A DNA stretch of 64,000 nucleotides from assembly GCA_963663225.1 (NCBI GenBank), contig OY760142.1, forward strand, positions 608,001 to 672,000. Direction: 5' to 3'. Shown piece after piece: positions 57,279-64,000 of the stretch (its first letter is position 1; the number at the start of each line of letters is the position of its first letter). This DNA is from Nitrospirota bacterium. Its GTDB lineage: Bacteria; Nitrospirota; UBA9217. The translations under genes and the position numbers were made by a program. The notes beneath the pieces were generated by a model that had not been told where the DNA came from, did no database searches, and saw only the letters and a program-made list of their open reading frames with translations.

Positions 57279-59285
57279 TTATTCTACTTTTACTCCAATC
57301 GCCATCTCCTGCTGACGCAGAGATCGGATCTTGTCGCGCAGTTCTGCCGCTGTTTCAAAATCCAGCTCCTTTGCAGCAGCCCGCATCTGTTTTTCGAGCG
57401 AGGCAATCAGGGCGGGGATGTTCACCGTGGAGATATACTCTCCGGCATCCTCAGCGGCCAGAGGAACGGTGAAGTAATCTTGCTCGTACACAGTGCGCAG
57501 TGTTGCTTGTATGTTTTTCTTTATGGATTGCGGCGTAATATTGTGTTTCTTGTTGTATTCTTCCTGCATCATGCGGCGTCTGTTTGTCTCAGCAACCGCG
57601 GCGCGCATGGAATCTGTGGTGGTATCGGCGTAGAGTATCACCCGGCCATTTACATTTCTTGCCGCTCGCCCCATGGTCTGAATGAGTGAGCGGGTGGAGC
57701 GCAGAAATCCTTCCTTGTCCGCATCCAGAATCGCGACCAGGGACACTTCGGGAATGTCGAGGCCCTCCCGCAGAAGGTTGATGCCGACCAGTACATCATA
57801 CTTGCCGAGACGCAGGTCTCGAATAATGTCGACACGCTCAAGCGTGTCGATGTCTGAATGGAGATAGGCCACTTTTACATTCAATTCCTTGTAATGCTCC
57901 GTCAGGTCCTCCGCCATGCGTTTTGTCAACGTAGTGACAAGCACCCGTTCCCGCGCCTCTGCGCGCGCCCGGATTTCGTTGAGCAAATCATCCACCTGAC
58001 CCTGCACCGGGCGGATGACGATCTGCGGATCGGTCAGGCCTGTGGGACGGATCACCTGTTCAATGATCCTGGTGCCGCTCTTCTCCACTTCGAAATCTGC
58101 CGGCGTTGCGGAGACATAAACGGTCTGATGCACCCGCTCTTCAAACTCCTGAAAATTGAGCGGGCGGTTGTCGAGCGCCGAGGGCAGGCGAAAACCATAG
58201 TCCACCAGGGTGGTTTTCCGTGCGCGATCGCCGTTGTACATGCCGCCGATCTGGGGAATGGTGGCATGAGACTCGTCCACAAACAGCAGATAGCCTTTTG
58301 GGAAGTAATCAAGCAGTGTGGGCGGCGGTTCTCCCGGCGCCCTGCCTGAAAGATGGCGCGAATAATTTTCTATGCCGTGGCAGTAGCCCATCTCCTGGAT
58401 CATCTCAAGGTCGAACATCGTCCTCTGCTCGATCCGCTGAGCTTCGAGCAGCTTGTTCATTTTCCGAAAGTACTGGAGACGTTCCCTCAGTTCGTCATGG
58501 ATGCCGTCGACGGCGGCCTTCATCCGCGTTTCCGGGATCACATAATGGCTGTTCGGATACACCGCGATTTTATCCAGTTTCCGGATCGCCGTTCCCAGGA
58601 GCGGATCGAACACGGCAATCGAATCGATTTCGTCACCGAACATCTCGATGCGGACCGCCGTGTTTTCGTACGACGCGGGGAAAATTTCGACCACGTCGCC
58701 GCGCACCCGGAACGTCCCTCGCTGAAAATCAAAATCGTTCCGCTCATACTGGATGTCGACGAGCTTTCGCAGCATCTCGTTTCGTTCAATGCGCTGGCCC
58801 TGTTCCAGAAAAAGCAGCATGCCGTGGTAGGCCTCGGGCGATCCCAGGCCGTAAATGCAGGAAACAGAAGCAACGATGATCACATCGCGCCGTTCGAAGA
58901 GCGCAGTGGTGGCAGCGTGGCGCATGCGGTCAATCTGCTCGTTGATGGAGGAATCTTTTTCAATGTACGTGTCCGTGGTCGGCAGGTATGCTTCGGGCTG
59001 GTAGTAATCGTAATAGGAGACAAAATATTCAACAGCATTCTCCGGAAACAACTCTTTAAATTCATTGTAGAGCTGGGCAGCAAGCGTTTTGTTGTGCGCA
59101 ATGACCAGCGCCGGTTTCTGTATTTTCTCCACCACGTTCGCTATAGTGAAGGTTTTTCCGGAGCCGGTGACCCCCAACAGAACCTGGTGCGGCAGTCCTT
59201 TACTGATGCCTTCGGCCAGTTTATCGATGGCCTGGGGTTGATCGCCGGTCGGCTTAAAATCAGATACAATTTTGAACGGAGGCAT
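57279..59285 (-). CDS. uvrB: Excinuclease ABC subunit B
   Basis: [49 protein letters not shown]-terminal UVR domain. Confidence 0.98.
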   Translation of the reverse strand: MPPFKIVSDFKPTGDQPQAIDKLAEGISKGLPHQVLLGVTGSGKTFTIANVVEKIQKPALVIAHNKTLAAQLYNEFKELFPENAVEYFVSYYDYYQPEAYLPTTDTYIEKDSSINEQIDRMRHAATTALFERRDVIIVASVSCIYGLGSPEAYHGMLLFLEQGQRIERNEMLRKLVDIQYERNDFDFQRGTFRVRGDVVEIFPASYENTAVRIEMFGDEIDSIAVFDPLLGTAIRKLDKIAVYPNSHYVIPETRMKAAVDGIHDELRERLQYFRKMNKLLEAQRIEQRTMFDLEMIQEMGYCHGIENYSRHLSGRAPGEPPPTLLDYFPKGYLLFVDESHATIPQIGGMYNGDRARKTTLVDYGFRLPSALDNRPLNFQEFEERVHQTVYVSATPADFEVEKSGTRIIEQVIRPTGLTDPQIVIRPVQGQVDDLLNEIRARAEARERVLVTTLTKRMAEDLTEHYKELNVKVAYLHSDIDTLERVDIIRDLRLGKYDVLVGINLLREGLDIPEVSLVAILDADKEGFLRSTRSLIQTMGRAARNVNGRVILYADTTTDSMRAAVAETNRRRMMQEEYNKKHNITPQSIKKNIQATLRTVYEQDYFTVPLAAEDAGEYISTVNIPALIASLEKQMRAAAKELDFETAAELRDKIRSLRQQEMAIGVKVE

Positions 59286-59452
59286 GAAAGAATATTATCC
59301 TTTATAAGCAGCGGTGTCAATGCACGGAAGGTTGCGGTCCAGGACCATTCTGAGACGCGGGGTGCAGGAGGAGCAGAAAAACGAAACCGTGCTGAAAAAC
59401 ATCTCTCACGGGTATTTTGAGAAAATCCGGTTGCACCAATATCGTCCGGATG

Positions 59453-60361
59453 TCATGTGCTTTTTTTCTTTCCACCCGCGCACAGGAGAATATTCAAAAA
59501 TTCACGGCAGAGATGAGAGTGGGTTTTCTTCTTTAACAGAATAGCGTGAAAGTGGCGTTCAAGCGGCACACCCTTGATCCGGACCGCTGCAATGCGGCCC
59601 GCTTCCCTGTCATCACGAAGCGCCCGGATGGAAAGGATGGAGATGCCGATCCCCGCCTTCACAGACTGGCGTACTGCGTCATTGTTCCCGGCGACTGCAA
59701 CAACATTCAGATCGCTGATGCAAAACCCCGCCTTCTCCAGCCGCTCTTCCGTAATACGCCGGGTGCCGGACCCTCTTTCGCGCAGCACAAATGGTTCCCC
59801 GGCCAGGGCCGCAACCGGGACACTTCTCTTCCGCGCCCAGGGATGGCGGGGAGAAACGGCCAGTACCAGTTCGTCTGTAAACAGCGCATGAACTTCCAAA
59901 CGCGGATCAGCAGGACGTGCACCTACAACGCCGATGTGCACATCATTCGTCAGAACGGATTCCGTCACGCTTGCCGTGTCCCCTATTTCCAGATGTAGTG
60001 TTGCGTTTGGATATTTTGCTTTGAACGCGCTGATATACACGGGAAGGACGTATGACCCCGGAATGGTGCTGGCGCCAATTCGTAACATTCCCGTAACGTT
60101 CCCGGAGAGCCCTCTGATCTCCTCCCGGATGTGGTCGCGAAGCGCGAGAAGCTCTTGTCCTGAGCGAAGCAAAATTTCCCCTGCTTCCGTCGGAATGACC
60201 CGTTTTCCGATGCGGTCCAGAAGTTTTACACCGAGCTCCGCCTCCAGGTTTTTAATGTGACCGCTCACCGTTGGCTGGGTAAGATACAGCGCTTCCGCTG
60301 CCCTGGAGAAGCTGCGGAATTTCATGAGAGAACAGAATATTTCGATATGATGTAAATCCAT
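59453..60361 (-). CDS. LysR family regulator, CysL-like / selenium-metabolism-associated type (copy 2)
   Basis: MDLHHIEIF...SFSRAAEALYLTQPTVSGHIKNLE, IGASTIPG, RERGSGTR. Confidence 0.88.
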   Translation of the reverse strand: MDLHHIEIFCSLMKFRSFSRAAEALYLTQPTVSGHIKNLEAELGVKLLDRIGKRVIPTEAGEILLRSGQELLALRDHIREEIRGLSGNVTGMLRIGASTIPGSYVLPVYISAFKAKYPNATLHLEIGDTASVTESVLTNDVHIGVVGARPADPRLEVHALFTDELVLAVSPRHPWARKRSVPVAALAGEPFVLRERGSGTRRITEERLEKAGFCISDLNVVAVAGNNDAVRQSVKAGIGISILSIRALRDDREAGRIAAVRIKGVPLERHFHAILLKKKTHSHLCREFLNILLCAGGKKKST

Positions 60362-60435
60362 AGAAAAGGCGGGCCATCCGCGCGGTAAAAAATCCGCGGC
60401 CTGCCCGGTTTTTGCACCAGCAGGTTTCCGGCTGT

Positions 60436-61332
60436 TCAAGGGACTTTATGTTCGAACAGTTTTTCAAGAAAAGCACGGCAAAGAGGCAAACGGCTTTTCC
60501 CCTTGAGCAAAACGATGAAAAAATTACTTACCAGGGGAAGCTCCTTGATCCGTACTGCCGCCAGATGATTTGTGGCGATATCATTCTGAATCGCCCTGAG
60601 AGAAAGAACTGCGATGCCGAGTCCGGCCTTCACCGCCTGACGGACCGCATCGCTATTGCCTGCTATAACGACCGGATTCAGCTCCGCAAAAGACATTCCT
60701 GCCTCTTCAAGCCGCTCTTCCATAACATGGCGGGAACCCGGTCCTTTTTCGCGCACGATCAGCGGTTCATCCGCCAGTTCTTCCACCGTGACGGTTTTTC
60801 TTTTCACCCATGCATGATCTGCAGGAACGGCAACCACAAGTTCGTCCTGCAGGAACGGGTGGATCTCCAGGCGAGGATCGGTAGAGCGCAAGCCCACAAC
60901 GCCGATGTGCAGATCGCCGGCCAGCACAGACTCGGTCACCCGCGCGCTATTGCCGATTTCAAGGCGAATGAACGCTGACGGATGCTCCTGCTTGAACATT
61001 TTGATAACGGAAGGAAGAACATATCCTCCGGGAATGGAACTTGCGCCGATTCTCAGGCTGCCGGTGACATTTCCGAGAACACCTTCGATTTCCTGCCGGG
61101 TCTGGTCGCGGAGTGTGAGAAACTTCTGTCCGGCACGGTACAACACATCACCTGCTTCCGTGGGGACCACCCGTTTGCCGATCCGGTCGATAAGTTGCAC
61201 TCCGAGTTCGGTCTCGAGGTTTTTGATATGACCGCTCACGGTCGGCTGGGAAAGCCGTAGCATCTTCGCGGCTTTGGAAAAACTGCGGAGTTTTACGAGA
61301 TAATAGAATATTTCGATGTGATGTAAATCCAT
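60436..61332 (-). CDS. LysR family regulator, CysL-like / selenium-metabolism-associated type (copy 1)
   Basis: MDLHHIEIF...SQPTVSGHIKNLE, IGASSIPG, REKGPGSR. Confidence 0.88.
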   Translation of the reverse strand: MDLHHIEIFYYLVKLRSFSKAAKMLRLSQPTVSGHIKNLETELGVQLIDRIGKRVVPTEAGDVLYRAGQKFLTLRDQTRQEIEGVLGNVTGSLRIGASSIPGGYVLPSVIKMFKQEHPSAFIRLEIGNSARVTESVLAGDLHIGVVGLRSTDPRLEIHPFLQDELVVAVPADHAWVKRKTVTVEELADEPLIVREKGPGSRHVMEERLEEAGMSFAELNPVVIAGNSDAVRQAVKAGLGIAVLSLRAIQNDIATNHLAAVRIKELPLVSNFFIVLLKGKSRLPLCRAFLEKLFEHKVP

Positions 61333-61372
61333 GAAAAAACCGGAGTGTAAATTGCGTGCATACCGCTGTACG

Positions 61373-62881
61373 CTACGGTCCTCTTAATTCTTCTTTCTCA
61401 TAGTCTCTCAGAAATTGCGTCAAGAGCCTCACCCCGATGCCCGTAGCGCCTTTTGGCGTATACGGCCGCTCTTTATCGGCCCAGGCCATTGCCGCTATGT
61501 CGAGATGCACCCAGGGATGCTTCTGCACAAATTTGGAAAGCAGCGCCGCAGCGGTAATAACCCCTCCTGCTCGTCCACCGGCATTTTTCATATCCGCAAT
61601 ATCACTCTTGATCAGATCGTAATACTCATCCCACAACGGCAGCTCCCATACGCGCTCCCCGGTTTTTTCCCCGGCTGTGCGCATCCGCGCCTTTAATGCG
61701 TCGCTGGTGCCGAGCATGCCGGTGGCTTCATTTCCCAACGCAATGGAACACGCACCGGTGAGCGTCGCGATGTCTACAATAGCCGCAGGTTTGTACCGGC
61801 ATGCATAGGACAGAGCATCGGAAAGGACCAGTCTTCCCTCCGCATCCGTATTGACGATCTCAATCGTCTGTCCTGACATTGTCCGCAGCACGTCCCCCGG
61901 CTTGTACGCGCGGCCGCCCGGCATATTTTCCGTAGCAGGCAGCAAACCAACGATATTCAGAGGAAGCTTCAATGCTGCAGCCGTCCGCAAGGCACCCAGC
62001 ACGGCAGCCCCTCCGGACATGTCGTCTTTCATCTTGTCCATGTTTTCCGCCGGCTTGATTGAAATGCCACCGGAGTCAAAGGTAATTGTTTTGCCTACCA
62101 ATGCAATGAACGGCTTCTTGCCGCCGCGCCGATATTCAAGAACGATAAACTGGGGTGGCTGCGCGCTGCCGGATGCCACCCCCAGGAGTCCTCCCATGCC
62201 GAACCGCTGCATTTGTTTGCGTTCGAACACCTGGACTTTCAAGCCAAATTCTTTCGCGACCTTTTTCGCCTGTAGGGCAATGGCCGTCGGAGTCATATCG
62301 GCAGGCGGTGCACTCACCAAGTCCCGTGCCATGATGGTTGCATCCGAAATTATTTTTCCAACAGCCGCGCCTTGCCGCAGCCCGCTGATCAGAGCTGGCT
62401 CTCCTGTCACGATGGTACATAGTTCGACAGCACTAGCGGAGCCGTTATCTTTGTCGGTTTTGTATTGCAGGAACCGGTAGAGTCCGAGCATGCTTCCTTC
62501 GACCACGGCCTGGCCCAGCACTTCCGCATCCAGAGCAAGGCCGTCAACAGCGACCGCGATATCCCTTGCTCCGGCCTTTCGCAAAGCAGATGCCGCTTTA
62601 CCCATGGCCTGCCGCAGCCTGTTCTGCGTGAATTCACTTCGCTTGCCCAACCCGGCGAGTACCAGCCGTTCAGCTGCGATCCTGCCGTCTGGATACAGCA
62701 GAGAGACAGCACCGGGCTTCGGTTTAAAATCACCCCGTTTGAGAAGACGCCCGATCATCCCGCCGAGCGCCGAATCCACGCGTCCGGGGACATCTCCCGG
62801 CGTTTCATCATCAAAACACAGAATGACCGCCCCGTTGGTCTTCGTACTCTCTATTGTTCCTGTTGCTACATTGATTTTCAT
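61373..62881 (-). CDS. pepA: Leucyl aminopeptidase (M17)
   Basis: GKTITFDSGG..IK...MKDDMSG, NTDAEGRL, ATLTGA, HLDIA. Confidence 0.95.
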   Translation of the reverse strand: MKINVATGTIESTKTNGAVILCFDDETPGDVPGRVDSALGGMIGRLLKRGDFKPKPGAVSLLYPDGRIAAERLVLAGLGKRSEFTQNRLRQAMGKAASALRKAGARDIAVAVDGLALDAEVLGQAVVEGSMLGLYRFLQYKTDKDNGSASAVELCTIVTGEPALISGLRQGAAVGKIISDATIMARDLVSAPPADMTPTAIALQAKKVAKEFGLKVQVFERKQMQRFGMGGLLGVASGSAQPPQFIVLEYRRGGKKPFIALVGKTITFDSGGISIKPAENMDKMKDDMSGGAAVLGALRTAAALKLPLNIVGLLPATENMPGGRAYKPGDVLRTMSGQTIEIVNTDAEGRLVLSDALSYACRYKPAAIVDIATLTGACSIALGNEATGMLGTSDALKARMRTAGEKTGERVWELPLWDEYYDLIKSDIADMKNAGGRAGGVITAAALLSKFVQKHPWVHLDIAAMAWADKERPYTPKGATGIGVRLLTQFLRDYEKEELRGP

Positions 62882-63031
62882 ACACACCCACCGCCAAGAA
62901 GAAGCTGCCGCTGTTCACTGTGGCGCACAAGAGTTCTGTCCGCAGCTTCGGGATCTCATCCCAGCCACCATGCTCGTTACAGCCCATCGCACCAAGCTGT
63001 TATTTTCATACGCGATGCAACAGTGTCTGTT

Positions 63032-63259
63032 TTATGCAGATGCTTTCTCTTCCGCCGGCTTCGCCTCGGCTGCCTTCTTCCCGGCCGACTTGTATGCTTT
63101 CGCAGCACGGAGCTTCCGCTGGGCGCGCTTTACTTTCTTGCGGGTCTTGCGCACTTCAGGATCGCTTTTTTTGCCGGCTGTTTTTGTGGATGTTTCCGAT
63201 GCTTTTTGCTTCAACTTTTTAATTTTTTCCTGAAGCGCTTCCTGGTTCACTTTGATCAC
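63032..63259 (-). CDS. Small Lys/Ala-rich basic protein
   Basis: GGAGG RBS plus GTG; KIKKLKQK...RKTRKKVKRAQRKLRAAK...KKAAEAKPAEEK. Confidence 0.7.
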   Translation of the reverse strand: MIKVNQEALQEKIKKLKQKASETSTKTAGKKSDPEVRKTRKKVKRAQRKLRAAKAYKSAGKKAAEAKPAEEKASA

Positions 63260-63413
63260 GGTAAATCCTCCTAAAAAAGGCAAAATGGTCTTCTGGTATT
63301 CCTGTGGTACAAAGACACATAATAGACAAAACTTCCCGCAAAATCAAGAGATTTCATCGCCTCACTCCTGTTCGCTGTTCCTTTTTAAGTAAAAACTGAT
63401 TATAATGCCGCAT

Positions 63414-64000
63414 ATGAAAGGGTTTCTGTTCAACGCGCTGCTGGTCGCGGCTGGAAGCATACTCGGGCTCCTCGTGGGGAAAAAAATTCATTCCGCAGTA
63501 AAAGACGCCGTATTCAACGTCCTCGGATTAGTGACCGCCTTCGTCGGCATAAAAATGAGCCTGAACGGGGGAGACATCATCCCCATCGTCTTTTCGCTGG
63601 TGCTCGGATGCTTCGCTGGAAGCATGATGAGACTTGAAGACCGTTTGCATGGGCAGCTGAACCGTCTGAATGAGTCATATCTTTCCGGAAAATATGATAT
63701 AGAAGGCTTTCTGGTGGCGAGTACGCTTTTTTGCGTAGGGTCCATGATGATCATCGGCTCGCTCAAAGACGGATTGTATAATGACAGCACACTCATCAAA
63801 ACGAAATCAGTTCTTGACGGCTTCGCGGCCTTTGTCTTTGCGTCCCGATACGGGCTTTCCGTACTGTTCTCAGCTCTCACGGTTCTGGTTGTACAGGGCA
63901 CATTAACAGCCTTCTCCAGCGCGCTTACGTTTCTCGCAACAGACCGCATGATGAACAACATCGACGGAGTAGGCGGCATTATCGTTCTTGCCATCGGCCT
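63414..64000 (+). CDS. DUF554 family membrane protein (partial)
   Basis: Hand translation MKGFLFNALLVAAGSILG...ASTLFCVGSMMIIGSLKDG...KSVLDG; runs off the window. Confidence 0.88.
   Translation, partial: MKGFLFNALLVAAGSILGLLVGKKIHSAVKDAVFNVLGLVTAFVGIKMSLNGGDIIPIVFSLVLGCFAGSMMRLEDRLHGQLNRLNESYLSGKYDIEGFLVASTLFCVGSMMIIGSLKDGLYNDSTLIKTKSVLDGFAAFVFASRYGLSVLFSALTVLVVQGTLTAFSSALTFLATDRMMNNIDGVGGIIVLAIG

Noticed and set aside
59286-59450. SOS (LexA) box upstream of uvrB
   Set aside because: No convincing CTGT-N8-ACAG or GAAC-N4-GTTC palindrome overlapping the promoter.

Overview
Gene-dense bacterial chromosomal window of moderate GC, most likely from an anaerobic Nitrospirota- or Desulfobacterota-like organism (inferred from gene content only). 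Housekeeping and metabolic content: a MalT-like STAND/BTAD regulator (partial), NamZ plus a MurU-AmgK fusion, a CCA enzyme, aroC-aroK-aroB, futalosine genes mqnB/mqnD, lemA-htpX-moaDE, fchA-folD, two outer-membrane barrels, a TolC-EmrA-EmrB pump, an FMN riboswitch-ribB unit, ubiE, uvrB and pepA. There is also a nitrogen island (ntrB-ntrC plus two sigma54-driven Amt/P-II operons) interrupted by a PerR-SOD-rubrerythrin operon. No CRISPR array, rRNA, tRNA or intact transposase was seen. Most notable: (1) a split YeeE/YedE transporter whose first subunit has an in-frame UGA at the conserved Cys with a SECIS-like hairpin (probable selenoprotein), followed by an unannotated 33-aa CxxCH micro-ORF and lying near tandem LysR paralogues; (2) a structured ~240-nt non-coding element at 3380-3618 resembling the non-coding end of an IS110-family element with no recombinase; (3) at least seven genes whose ATG lies 5-7 nt after a -10 box, suggesting widespread leaderless transcription.
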